A DNA stretch of 64,000 nt, taken from the NCBI RefSeq assembly GCF_963921235.1, contig NC_086108.1, positions 100,442,001-100,506,000 of the forward strand, in the 5' to 3' direction. The notes under the pieces are model-generated. The model saw nothing but the letters and a program-made list of their open reading frames with translations, made no database searches and was not told where the DNA came from. The position numbers and the translations under genes are program-made. Of the stretch, positions 37,058-50,225 are shown piece by piece (positions within the stretch are counted from its first letter, which is position 1; the number at the start of each line of letters is the position of its first letter). The DNA comes from Mobula hypostoma. Taxonomy: Eukaryota.

Positions 37058-37481
37058 TATCTTCAAAATCAGAACAAAGTTCTGTACAAATTGCAGATTC
37101 AAAGGATAGAGGCCAACACTTGCCTTTCTAATTCATTATTTCACCTGCAAATTTCACCATTCGTGCCCAAAGCACCTAAATCCTTTTGTCAGCCACTTAA
37201 TCTGTCTCTGGCTCTTTGCAATTTCCTGCTCCTATCTGAATAGCTGACATGAAGCCATTGGCACTTTCCTTTCTTCAAATCATTGATTTATATAGTGCAA
37301 TGATGAGGTCCCAATTCAGGTCCCTGCTAAACACCAGCTGCTACATCACACCAGCCAAACTGTTTTATTCGCTGTTTCCCACATTACCTGTCTTCCAATC
37401 TATCAACAGCCCAGGTCACAATCTTCAATCCTATGCTCTTGAACTTTTGATAATGATCTCCTAACTATCCATGTTTTCAAT

Positions 37482-37775
37482 AGGGCGGCACGAGGCGCAG
37501 AGGTTAGCATAATGCTTTACGGTATAGGCAACCCAAGTTCAATTCCCAACACTCCCTGTAAGGATATTGTATATTCTCTCCATGACTGTGTGGGTTTCCT
37601 CTGGGTGCTCTGGTTTCCTCCCACAGTCCAAAGACATACCAGTTGGTAGGTTAATTTGGTCGTTGTAAATTGTCCTGTGATTAGGTTAGGATTCAATCTG
37701 GGGATTACTTGGCGGCAGAGTTCGAATGGCTGGAAGGGCCTATTCCACGCTTTATCTCAACAAACAAATAAATAA
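37482..37775 (+). mobile_element. V-type (HE1-like) SINE
   Basis: B box AGTTCAATTCC, V-domain GTGGGTTTCCTCTGGGTGCTCTGGTTTCCTCCCACAGTCCAAAGAC, A-rich tail. Confidence 0.85.
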
Positions 37776-37853
37776 GTAAATATGGACACATTCACCTGCT
37801 TATGATAACCTCAGTATTAGCCAGGCTGTTTGAAAACAACCTTAAATTCACAA

Positions 37854-38055
37854 CACACACAAAATGCTGGAGGAACTCAGCAGGCCGGGCAGCATCTATG
37901 GAAAAGAGTACAGTTGCCTGTATTGTAAAGCGTTATGCTGTCGAAATGTCGACTGTACTTTTTTCCATAGATGCTGCCTGGCCTGCTGAGTTCCTCCAGC
38001 ATTTTGTGTGTGTTGCTTGGATTTCCAGCATCTGGAGATTTTCTCTTGTTTGTGA
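37854..38055. mobile_element. Miniature palindromic PLE-pLTR insertion
   Basis: CACACACAAAATGCTGGAGGAACTCAGC...GCTGAGTTCCTCCAGCATTTTGTGTGTG plus ~40-nt tail; ATTCACAA repeated at 37846-37853 and 38060-38067. Confidence 0.85.
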
Positions 38056-38149
38056 TCAGATTCACAAACTGTATCTACATCAGTTCTCACTAATCAGCTT
38101 ACATTTGTCCAGGTGTAAAGTCACCTGGTCTCTGGTGACAGTATCCTGA

Positions 38150-38550
38150 CAAATATGACAAGGTAATCTGCAGATGCTAGAAGTCCGAGCAACACACATA
38201 AAATGCTGGAGGAACTCAGCAGGCCAGGCAGCACCTATGGAAAGGAGCAAACAGTCGATGTTTCAGCCTGAGGCCCTTCATCCTGATGACTGCCTGGCCT
38301 GCTGAGTTCCTCTGGAATTTTGTGTGGGCCCTGAACACAAAACATTCTGCAGATGTTGTAAGTCTAGAGAGTTGCACACAAGATGCTGGAGGAACTCAGC
38401 AGGTCAGGCAGCATCTGTGGAGAGGAGGAAACAGTTATCATTTTGGGCTGAAACCCTTCATCAGGATGATGAATTCTGATAGAGAGCCTCAGCCAAAAAC
38501 TTTGGCTATTTATTCTTCTCTGCTGATGCTGCCCGACCTGCTGAGGTCCC
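38150..38550. mobile_element. Two adjacent, more degenerate palindromic pLTR insertions
   Basis: GGAGGAACTCAGCAGG...CCTGCTGAG inverted pairs at ~38150-38325 and ~38336-38550. Confidence 0.65.
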
Positions 38551-39139
38551 AGAAACTAAGACTTATTTTAATTTTACTTTGGAGCCAACCTTTAAAAAGT
38601 GTACGACAGGTTTTATTTTGGGAAAATGAAGGAATGATTTTGTTCATGGGTGCTTCTGATACAGCTATTGTAATATTAAAGTGGTTAGCAGGTCACTCCT
38701 TTAAGAAATCACACTCTACTGGCTTAAGTTCACAACTAACATAAAGGCGAGGTCTGTTTTTCTTTGAGCTTGGAAGATTTGTAGGACAGTGTAAAGTTTA
38801 GGAAGATATTGATCCAATTGGTAGGTGAGAAATGCCACCTAGTATGAGAATCTAAAACAAGAAACTTGAAATTAAAGATAAGCCAATCAGGGAGCTTTAT
38901 TAATAGCATAAAAATACAAAGTACAAAGTAAATTTATTCTAAAAATATATATTGTCACCACATTCTACCCAGAGATTTATTTTCTTGTAGGCTTTCACAG
39001 TAGAACAAATAAATACAATAGAATCAATGAAAAACTACACACAAACACAAACAAGCTGTGTAAATGCAAAATAATAATAATCAATAAGAGTGAAAATAAT
39101 AATAATAATCAATAAAAGTGCTGACAACGTGAGTTGTAG

Positions 39140-39775
39140 GACAAGCTTCTATAAATGTGTAGTGGAAAGAATATTGACACTCCACTATATTCTATACATC
39201 ATGGCCTTTTATGGAAACACCAATGCCCTTGAATGGAAAATCCTACAAAAAGTTATGGATTTGGCCCAGTACATCACAGGTAAAGCCCTCTCAACCACTG
39301 AACACATCTACATGAAACACTGTCATAGCAAAGCAGCATCCATCATCAGAGATCCCCACCAGCCAGGCCATGCTCCCGTCTCACTGCTCCCATCCGGTAG
39401 GAGGTACAGGAGCCTCATGTCTCACAACTCCAGGTTCAAGAACAGTTACTACCCCTCAACCATCAGGCTCTTGAATAGAAGGAGATAACTACACCCAGCT
39501 TCATGTGCCCCATCGTTGAAATCCTCCCACAGCTAGTTATCTCACTTTCAAGGACTGTTTATCTCATTATCTCATGTTCTCATTATTTATTGCTATTTAC
39601 TTATATTTGCATTTGCTCAATTTGTTGTCTTCTGCACTCTGGTTGATCTTTCATTGATCGTGTTATAGTTACTATCCTATAGATTTGCTAATTATGCCTG
39701 CAGAAAAATGAATCTCAGGGTTGGATATGGTGACATATATGTACTTTGATAATAAAATTTACTTTGAACTTTGAT
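39140..39775 (+). mobile_element. Rex/Babar-type LINE 3' fragment
   Basis: FYKCVVE..SIIRDPHQPGH..LLPSGRRYRSL..IRLLN; ACTTTGAACTTTG tail. Confidence 0.85.
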
Positions 39776-40049
39776 CTTTGAAGTGCAGTAGAGATACTCG
39801 CCTAGACTATCCTGACAGGCCCTCCCACTCCTATGACCTCTATCAGCAAAGAGGACGGGGTAACAGGTGGATGGCAATTCCACCTCACACGGACTGCCTC
39901 CAAGTTGTGCATCATCATGACTATGAAACATTTCACCAGTCCTTTATCATCACTGGGTCAAAACCTTGGAACTCTCTCCCCATCATCACTGTGCGAGTAT
40001 TTTCACCAGAACCTCTAGTATTGTGGGAATACATTCAAGCTTGTTGCCG

Positions 40050-40495
40050 GGACCCGAGAACCTGAGTTAAAGGGAAAGGTTGAATAGGTTCAGACTTTAT
40101 TCAGTGGACTGTAGAAGGTAGGGGGGGAGATTTGAGAGAAGAATACAAAATTATGAAAGGTATGGACAGGGTAAATACAAACATGTTTTTCCACTGAGTT
40201 TGGGTGAGACCAGAACTAGAGGTCACAAGTTAAGTTTGAATTGTAAAATATTTAAAGGGAACCTGAGGGAGATCTTGTTCACTCAGGCATGATGCCAGTG
40301 TGGATTGAACTGACAGTGGAAGTGGTAGATGCCAGTTCAGTTGTAGCATTTAAGAGAAGTTTGAATAAGTTCATTGATGGGATCAATATGAATGCTATGG
40401 TCCAGGGAATGGGTCGATGGGATTAGGCAGGATAATATTTTGGCGAGGCTAGTTGGGTGAAAGACATTGTTTCTGTGCTGAAGTTCTCTAGGACT
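40050..40495 (+). mobile_element. CR1 LINE 3' fragment, degenerate
   Basis: Homologous to the 3' half of 16146-17061. Confidence 0.7.
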
Positions 40496-41544
40496 ATGTA
40501 TTTTCACAGCACTGTTCTGGCCATTCCTAAGTTATGATTTGAAAGTGAAGTCAATATTGTAATGCAGCACAGGCAGCAATCAGTTTACACCAGGATCCTC
40601 CCAAAAGCTGTATAAGATGCAGATGGAGAGTTAAGCCATTTGACCCATCAAATGTGCTCCACATTTCAATCGTAGTTAATTTTCTTTAAACCCATTCTCT
40701 TGCTTCTCCCCGTAAATGTTAACTCACTTGCTAATTAAGAAACAATCTCCGCTATAAATTCACCCAATTACTTGGTCTCCACAACTGCCTGTGACAACAA
40801 ATTCCACAGATCCACCACCTGCTAGCTGAAATAATTCCTCCTCATTTCATTTTTAAAGGAATGTCCCTTTATTTTGAGGCTGCGTTCTCGGGCCCCAGAC
40901 CCTGCAACTAAGGGAAACAATCACAGTAACAGTCAGTTCATTCTCCCTTGCACCCGCATACTCAGGAATTACAATAAACAATCTTGAATCTTGATTCTTA
41001 AATCTGTTCCATGCTCACTCCATCCGGATCTTTCAATATCTGATATTCGGTAAGGAGGTCTCTCCTCTCTTTCTGAACTTCACTGAGCACAGGCCCAGAG
41101 TCACCAAATATTCTAGCAGTGTTCAAGTTCAACTTTATCATTCAACCATACATGAATATAGCCAAATGAAACAGTGTTCCTCCAGATCTAAAGTGCAAAA
41201 TGCATTTAAAAACAGCACATAGCATGGAGCACAAAGAGCACATATTTATTTATTGAGATACAGTGCAGAATAGGCCCTTCTGACCCTTTGAGCTGCACCG
41301 CCCAGCAACCCCCGCAGCCTAATCACGGGTCAACTTACAATGACTAATTAAACTATCACCCAGTACACCTTTGGGAGAAAACCAGAGCACCCGGAGGAAA
41401 CCGATATGGTCACGGGGAGAACATACAAACTCCTTACAGGTAGTGGTGGTAATGTAGAACAGTATAATGTTACTGATACTATCATAAATAATGTGAACTG
41501 GGTGGTAGCAGGGTGATCAGAAGTCTCAAAGCCTGGGAGATGAG

Positions 41545-41915
41545 CATAAGAAACAGGATATGAAGTAGGCCATCTGGCCCATTGAGCCTGTTCCGTCAAT
41601 CAGTAAGATCATGGCTGAACTGGCCATGGACTCATCTCCACCTCCCTGCCTTTTTCCCATAACCTTTAATTCCCCCACTAAGCAAAAATCTGTCCAACCT
41701 GGTCTTAAAATTATCTACTGAGGTAGCCTCCACTGCTTCATTGGGCACAGAATTCCACAGATTCACCACTCTCTGGGAAAAGCAGTTCCTCTTCATCTCA
41801 GTCCTAAATCTACTCCCCCAAATCTTGAGGCTATGTCCCCTAGTTCTAGTCCCACCTACCAGTGGAAACAACTTTCCTGCCTCTGTCCCTTTCATAATTG
41901 TATATGTTTCCACAT
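41545..41915 (-). mobile_element. CR1 LINE 3' end
   Basis: TRTRGHSLKI..RNCFSQRVVNLWNS. Confidence 0.85.
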
Positions 41916-42149
41916 GATATTCTCTCAATCTCTGATCTATTGGCAGATTTGGACCCAATTTGCTCCTCTCCCTTGGACTCAGTAGGTTCTGAAAGAGACA
42001 CAGAAAATGCTGGAAACACTCAGCAGGCCAGGCAGCATCTTGGAGAAAGAAACAGAGTTAATGCAAGGGCAGAGAGTCTTCTGTTTTGAAAAAGTGTCTT
42101 CGACCTGGAACATCAGATCCTGATTCTCTCTCCACAGAAGTTGTTAGAC

Positions 42150-42787
42150 GTCATTCATAACAGGAGGATTCGAGTACAGGAGCAGGGAGGTACTACTGCA
42201 GTTGTACAAGGCCTTGGTGAGACCACACTTGGAGTATTGTGTGCAGTTTTGGTCCCCTAATCTGAGGAAAGACATTCTTGCCATAGAGGGAGTACAAAGA
42301 AGGTTCACCAGATTGATTCCTGGGATGGCAGGACTTTCATATGATGAAAGACTGGATCGACTAGGCTTATACTCGTTGGAATTTAGAAGATTGAGGGGGG
42401 ATCTTATTGAAACGTATAAAATCCTAAAGGGATTGGACAGGCTAGATGCAGGAAGATTGTTCCCGATGTTGGGGAAGTCCAGAACGAGGGGTCACAATTT
42501 GAGGATAAAGGGGAAGCCTATTAGGACCGAGATCAGGAAAAACTTCTTCACACAGAGAGTGGTGAATCTGTGGAATTCTCTGCCACAGGAAACAGTTGAG
42601 GCCAGTTCATTGGCTATATTTAAGAGGGAGTTAGATATGGCCCTTGTGGCTAAAGGGATCGGGGGTATGGAGAGAAGGCTGGTACAGGGTTCTGAGTTGG
42701 ATGATCAGCCATGATCATACTGAATGGCGGTGCAGGCTCGAAGGGCCGAATGGCCTACTCCTGCACCTATTTTCTATGTTTCTATGT
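42150..42787 (+). mobile_element. CR1 LINE, young 5'-truncated copy
   Basis: ORF 42202-42714 YKALVRPHLEYCVQFWSP..VQRRFTRLIP..LGLYSLEFRRLRGDLIE..FFTQRVVNLWNSLP; (TTCTATGT)n tail. Confidence 0.95.
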
Positions 42788-43414
42788 CTGAGTCTTTCAG
42801 CACTTTATGCATTTGTCTCAGCTGTCCAATATATGATACAGGTTTATTATTGTCACAGGTACTGAGATACAGTGAAAAGCTTGTCTTGCATATGGTTCAT
42901 ACAAATCAAAACATTACACAGGGCATTGAACTAAAACAAAAACAATGCAAAATAAAGATGCTGATGCTGATTTCAGGAGGGGTAACTCCAAGAGAGGTGC
43001 AAGGGGCATGTTTTTTTGCACAGAGAGTGGCGGGTGACTGGATTGCATTGCCTGGTTCTAGAGACATTTAGATAGACACATGAACATGAGGAAAATGGAA
43101 GGATATGGACATTGTGTAGGCATAAGGGATTAGTTTAGTTGCCATTCGGTTATTAACTTTTTCAGTTCAGTACAATGCTGTTGGCCAAAATGCCTCTTCC
43201 TGAACTTGTTCAATGTTCTATGTTCTAAAGTGTAAAAGCTATCAAGAGTGCTGTGTGAGAAAACAATAAAAAGCAAGATCATAACAAGGTAGACTGTGTG
43301 GCCAAGAATCAATTTTATCATTGCAGCTGGTCTACCAGTGGGATGGAAGCTGAGTTCCTCCAACATTTTGTGTGTGCTGCTCTGGATTTCCAGCATCTGC
43401 AGAATCTCTTATGT

Positions 43415-44765
43415 AGAACATAGAAAACCTACAGCACAATACAGGCCCTTCAGCCCACAATGCTGTGCCAAACACGTACTTACTTTAGAAATTACCTAAG
43501 GTTACCCTTAGCCCTTTATTTTTCTAAGCTCCATGTACCTATCCAAGAGTCTCTTAAAAGACCCTATTGTATCTGCCTCCACCACTGTTGCTGGCAGCCC
43601 ATTCCACGCACTCACCACTCTCTGCGTAAAAAACTTACCCCTGACATCTCCTCTGTACCTACTTCCAAGCACCTTAAACCTGTGTCCTCTTGTGTTAGCC
43701 ATTTCAGCTCTGGGAAAAAGCCCCTGACTAGCCACACAATCTATGCCTCTCATCATCTTATACACCCCTCACAGGTCACCTCTTATCCTCCATCACTCCA
43801 AGGAAAAAAGGCCAAGTTCACTCAACCTATTCTCATAAGGCATGCTCCCTAATCTAGGCAACATCCTTGTAAATCTCCTCTGCACCCTTTCAATAGTTTC
43901 CACATCTTTCTTGTAGTGAGACGACCAGAATTGAGCACAGTACTCCAAGTGGGGTCTGACCGGGGTCCTATATAGCTACAACATTACCTCTCGGCTCTTG
44001 AACTCAATCCCATGGTTGATAAAGGCCAATACACTGTATGTCTTCTTAACTATAGAGTCAACCTGCGCAGCAGCTTTCTGTCCCGTATAGACTCAAACCA
44101 CAAGATCCCTCTGATCCTCCACACTGCCAAGAGTCTTCCAATTAATACTATATTCTGCCATCATATTTGACCTACCAAAATGAACCACCTCACACTTATC
44201 TGGGTTGAGCTCCTTCTGCCATTACTCAGTCCAGTTTTGCATCCTATTGTTCTCCCACTGTAACCTCTGACAGCCCTCCACACTATCCACAACACCCCCA
44301 ACCTTTGTGTCATCAGCAAATTTACTAACCCATCTCTCCACTTCATCATCCAGGTCATTTATAAAAATTATGAAGAGTGGGGGTCCCAGAACTGATCTCT
44401 AAGACACATCACTGGTCACCGACCTCCATGCAGAATATGACCCATCTACAACCACTCTTTACCTTCTGTGGGCAAGACAATTCTGGATCCACAAAGCAAT
44501 GTCCCCTTGGATCCCATGCCCTAATAAGTAATAAGTACCTTATCAAATGCCTTGCTGAAATCCATTTACACTACATTTACTGCTCTACTTTCATCAATGT
44601 GTTTAGTCACATCCTCAAAAAATTCAATCAGGCTCATCAGGCACGACGTGCCTTTGACAAAGCTATGTTGACTATTCCTAATCATATTATGTCTCTCCAA
44701 ATGTTTATAAATTCTTCCTCTAGGATCTTTTCCATCAACTTACCAACCACTGAAGTAAGACTCAT
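43415..44765 (-). mobile_element. CR1 LINE, RT domain to 3' end, disrupted
   Basis: Minus-strand QHSFVKG, VYMDFSKAFDK-like, KFADDTK-like and RGHRFKV..FFTQRVV. Confidence 0.9.
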
Positions 44766-45504
44766 TTATGTTAATGAAATATGCAAAATTTGTGTTGCAT
44801 CCAGAGGGCCTCAACTTTTTTAACCTTGTCAAAAATATTTGTTAACATGTGCATTGACCCTATTAAATTCACTGCCCTCTTTGATGTACCTTGTTATGTC
44901 CTTAAACAATCCAATCAAATTAGTCAGACAAGTTCAAGCTGAATGTTCCCGATTAACCTCTGCCTTCCAAAATGAAAGTTTATTGCACCTATCAGAATTC
45001 ATTCCAATTACTTTCCCATCACCAAACGTAAATCTACCTACAATTGCCTGGTTAGCCCTAATTTCCTTTTTAAATACAGTACGACATTACCAATCCTCTA
45101 ATCCTCAAACATCTGGCATGCAGCCAAAATGAATTGGAATACTATACTCAGAGCTTCCATAATCCTTCTCTCAGTAACTTCCAAAGAAGCCTTTCATCTG
45201 GGCCAGCTGATTTATCCACTTTCAGGGAATTTAAACCCCATAATACTTCCTCCCTTACTTTGCTAGTCCCATCCAATATTTTACAGTCATCCTCCTCAAG
45301 CATAAAAAAACAAACTGCAGGAGGAACTCAGCAGGACGGGCAGCATCCATGGTAGGAAATAGAGAGTTTGTGGTTCAGACCCTTCATTTGGACCATGTTA
45401 ATTCCCTCCACAGATGCTGCCTGACATGTTGAGTTGTTCCAGCAATTTGTTCATTGGCTTCAGCTTTCAGCATCTGCAGTCTCTTGTATCTTCGTAAACA
45501 CATG

Positions 45505-45918
45505 TGCTGGCATTGGAAAGGGTTCAGAGAAAGATTAGGAGAATGATCCCAGGATTGAAAGGGTTAATGGGTGAGGAACGTTTGATGGCTCTGGGCCTAT
45601 ACTCGCTGCAGAATAAAATAATGAGGAGGGAATCTCATTGAAACCTGCCAAATATTGAAAGGCTCAGATGTGGACGTGGAGATGATGCTTCCAATAGTGG
45701 GGGAGTTTAGGACTTCATCGCAACAGGCAGCTGTGGAGGGCAAATCTTTGGGTATATTTAAAGCAGAGGCTGATAGATTCTTGATTAGGAGGGTGATAAA
45801 GGTAAGCAGAGAAGTCAGGAAAACATGGTTGAGAGGGAAGATAAATCAGCCATGAGTAAATGGCAGAACAGGCTTGATGGGCTAAGTGGCCTAATTCTGT
45901 TCCTATGTATTACAGTCT
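45505..45918 (+). mobile_element. CR1 LINE 3' fragment
   Basis: AAVEGKSLGIFKAEADRFLI and a CR1 3' UTR. Confidence 0.8.
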
Positions 45919-46024
45919 TTTAAATTCCTTTCTATCCCCCTCTTTTATAAATACAGGCTGTTCATTAAGTACCTTAGCCATGAACGTGGTTCAGTATATA
46001 TTACCTACGGGGGCCATTCTCAAA

Positions 46025-47225
46025 ATTCAATGTTCAAATGTTCTAAGTAATTATCAAAGTTATTAGCACATATATGTCACCGTAAACAACCCTGAGATTC
46101 ATTTCCTTGCAGGCACTCTCAATAAATCCAATAACCATAATAGAATCAATGAAAGACCGCACAAACAGGGCAGACAACCATTGCGCAAATACAAAAACAA
46201 AGAAAACAAACAAACAAATAATAAATACATCAGTAAGTGAGTAAACAAATAAATAAATATTGAGAACATGCAATGAAGAGTCCTTGAAAATGAGTCCATC
46301 GGTTGTGGGAACAGTTCAGTGATGGAGCAAGTGAATTTGAGTGAAGTTATTCCCTCTGGTTCAGAGCTTGATGGTTGAGGGGTAAAAACTGTTCCTGAAC
46401 CTGGTGGTGTGAGTCCTGAGGCTCCTGCACCTTCTTCCTGCTGGCAACAGCGAGAAGAGGCCTGTGTAATGGGGCCCCCTTGTGATGCTGCTTTCTTACA
46501 ACGATGTTCCGTGTTGATGTACTCAGTGGTGGGGAGGGCTTTACCCGTGATGGACTAGGCCGTATCCATTACTTTTTCAGGATTTTCCGTTCGAGGGCAT
46601 TGGTGTTTCCATACCAGTCTGTGAGGCAGCCTGTTAATATACTCTCCACCACACATCTACAAAATTCTGTCAAAGCTTTAAATGTCATGATGAATCTTCA
46701 CAAACTCCTAGAGGTGCTGCCACACTTTCTTCTTAATTACACTTATGTGCTCAGCCCAGGACAGGTCCTCAGAAATGATAACCACAAGGAACTTAAAGTT
46801 GCTGACACTCTCCATCTCAGACCTCCCAATGAGAACTGGCTAACGGACCTTTAGTTTCCTCCCCCTGAAGCTTCGTGGTCTTGCTGACATTGAGTTGTTA
46901 TGGCACGACGAAGCCAGATTTTCAATCTCCTCCTGATTTGTCACCACCTTTGATTTGGCCAACGATAGCGTGTCATCAGCAAACTTAAATCTGACATCAG
47001 AGCTGTGCTTAGCCACACAGTCATAAATGTAAATTCAGTCGAGTGGGGGACTAAGCACACAGCTTGTGGTGCACCTGTGCTGATGGAGATTCTGAAGGAG
47101 ACGTTTTTGTCAATCCAAACTGACTAGGGTCTACAAGTGAGGAAATTAAGGATCCAATTGCACAAGGAGACATTGGGGCCATGGGCTTGAAGTTTGTTGG
47201 TTAGTTTTGAGGGGATCACAGATTG
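46025..47225 (-). mobile_element. Rex/Babar-type LINE, RT to 3' end, degenerate
   Basis: Reverse complement has STGAPQ, KFADD-like and YRCVVESILTGC-like segments plus the family 3' UTR. Confidence 0.8.
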
Positions 47226-48973
47226 AATGCCAAGTTTAGTTATTCTTTAGCTCTTTATGTTCTTATAAAATAACTGCAGATATTTTTATATTTTACTCAC
47301 TGATTTTTTTTTCAACCTTCCCCATGTTTTACCTTTTCGGTTCTGTTCCTACACTTAATACATACTTCTAGACTTTCTACTGTATCAAAGCCCATGATAA
47401 ATCTATTCCAAAATCTGCTCCATACATGCAGCGAAGTGTGAGATCTTACATACCCTTCGCCTCTCGAAATCGTTCCTTCTGCAGCGTGTGACCGTTGATG
47501 CACTGGTTTATGCAAAACGTGATATTTCTCGGAGCAAACGACAATAGTTCAAAAGGTGGAGGAGAAATCTCTATTTATGAATTCAACATTAAGTGCTTTT
47601 GTGCTCATGAACCCAGTTACAAGTGCTTTAGAGTGTCAGGCAAGCTGCAGTTTATATGAAAACAAATCACGCTCAAAAATTAATCATCTGCCACAAAGAA
47701 TTACAATGGGACTACAGTCAGTAAAGGATGGACTTTGACTAGAGTATTATTATTATTCAAATGAAAGATAGTTCATTGTCAATCTTCTTTTTAATTAGCA
47801 GATTTTGGAATAAAAAACCTTGGTTTTCCTACAGTTTTGAACTGTGCATTGTAAGTTGAAAACAAGCCCATTTATTGATTAAAAATCAGTTAACAACAAA
47901 GACGAAGACAAGTGTCAAATACAATAGGTTCTTCCTCAGCAATAACCAATCTGCTGGAGAAACTCAGTGGGCCGACCGTGTTGGGCGGGGTGGGGGGAGT
48001 GTAAAGAAATTGGTGATGTTTCAGGCCAAAATCCTGCAGTGGGACATGGTTGGGTTGGCATGGTAGCATGCTGATTAGCATAACGCTATTAAAGTGCCAG
48101 TAACCCAGATTCAAACTCCACCATGGTTGGTCCTAAACCCAGCTGCAAAAGAAGGAAGGACAGGAATAACATGAAAGACTGGCCCAGGACATAGGAACCT
48201 TGTGAGCTGCTGTCAGCAGTCTATGCCCCATTAGGGGTGATTGATCTAAATTAATAAGTACTGTAAGTAAGACCCAGGTTCAATTCCCATCTCTGTTTTT
48301 AAGGAGTTTTTACATACTCACTGCGACCACGTGGGTTTCCGCCAGGTGCTCCTGCCTCCTCCCATATTCCAAAAATGTAGTTAGGGCTAGAGTTTATAGG
48401 TTGACTGGTCACTTGGAGGTAATTAGGTGGTGCGGTTTTATTGTGCTGGAAGGGCCTGTATCTCTAAATAAAAAATAAAGTGTGGCTGACAGTGGGAGGG
48501 GAGAGATCAAATATGAAGAACAGACGGTGAAGGGGTGAGACAGGGGCCAGAGGTGATCGGCGGATTGCGAGAAGGTGAAAGTTGACAGGTAAATCGAGTA
48601 TCTGCAGTCTCCTGTGTCTCCACCTCTGAGACCTCCTCCAAAAGAAGTTTAAACATAGAACCCCTTCAACCGGGGGATGTCCCGAGTTTCCACCAAACGT
48701 TCAAACTTCACTTCTATCCAGGGTGGCATATTAACATAATGGTTAGCGTAATGTTTTACATGCTGGCTGTAAGATCAAGGTTCAATTCCTGCCACGACCG
48801 TAAGAAGTTTGTTCATTCTCCCTGTGGCCACGAGTTTTCCCTGGTGCTCTGACTTCCTCCCACATTCCAAGGAAGTACAGGTTAGGGTTAGTAAGTTCTG
48901 GGCACGCTATGTTAGCATCAGAAGCTTGGCAACACTTGCGGGCAGCCCCAGCACATATAGGATAATGTTGGTC

Positions 48974-50026
48974 ATCTCCAACACCACCACACTGAGCCCG
49001 GGGGGCCCCACCAGGGCTGTGTGCTCAGTCCACTGCTGTTCACTCTGCTGACCCACGACTGTGCTGCAACACATAGCTCGAATCACATCATCAAGTTCAC
49101 CGATGACATGAACGTGGCGGGTCTCATCAGCAAGAACGATGAGTCACCATACAGAGAGGAGGTGCAGCGGCTAAGGGACTGGTGCAGAGCCAACAACCTG
49201 TCTCTGAATGTGAACAAAACAAAACAGACGGTTGTTGACTTCAGGAGGACACAGAGCGACCACTCTCCGCTGTACATCGATGACTCCTCCATACAGATCG
49301 TTAAGAGCACCAAATTTCTTGTGTTCACCTGGCGGAGAATCTCACCTGGGCCCTCAACACCAGCTCCATAGCAAAGAAAGCCCAGCAGCGTCTCTACTTT
49401 CTGTGAAGGCTGAGGAAAGTCCATCTCCCACTCCCCATCCTCACCACATTCTACAGAGGTTGTATTGAGAGCATCCTGAGCAGCTGCATCACTGCCTGGT
49501 TCGGAAATTGCACCATCTCGGATCGCAAGACCCTGCAGCGGATAGTGAGGTCAGCTGAGAAGATCATCGGGGTCTCTCTTCCTGCCGTTACAGACATTGC
49601 ATCCACAAAGCAAACAGCATTATGAAGGACCCCACGCACCCCTCATACAAACTCTTCTCCCTCCTGGCATCTGGCGAAAGGCACCGAAGTATTCGGGCTC
49701 TCACAACTAGATTATGTAACAATTTCTTCCCCCAAGCCATCAGACTCCTCAATACCCAGAGCCTGGACTGACACCAACCTACTGCCCTCTACTGTGCCTA
49801 TTGTCTTGTTTATTATTTATTGTAATGCTGCACTGTTTTGTGCACTTTATGCAGTCCAGGGTAGGTCTGTAGTCTAGTGTAGTTTTTGTGTTGTTTTACG
49901 TAGTTCAGTGTAGTTTTTGTATTGTTCATGTAGCACCATGGTCCTGAAAAACGTTGTCTCGTTTTTACTGTGTACTGTACCAGCAGTTATGGTCGAAATT
50001 ACAATAAAAAAATGACTTGACTTGAC
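48974..50026 (+). mobile_element. Rex1/Babar-type LINE (RT core to tail) inserted in a V-SINE (~48720-50100)
   Basis: [35 protein letters not shown]; (TGACT)n tail at 50013-50026. Confidence 0.9.
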
Positions 50027-50225
50027 ACCAACAACACATTTCACTAAATGTTTCAGTGTACGTGTGAAAAGTAAAGCTAATCTTTAATCTTTTTAATCTT
50101 TAAGATCTTTAATTTAATTCACCATCAAATGTCCCCTTTCAGTGAGATTCTCACTTGTGCTGTGCACAGAATTCAGTGATTATCCCATAAATGTTCACAA
50201 CATCTTGCTAGTTCCGGAGTCCTTA

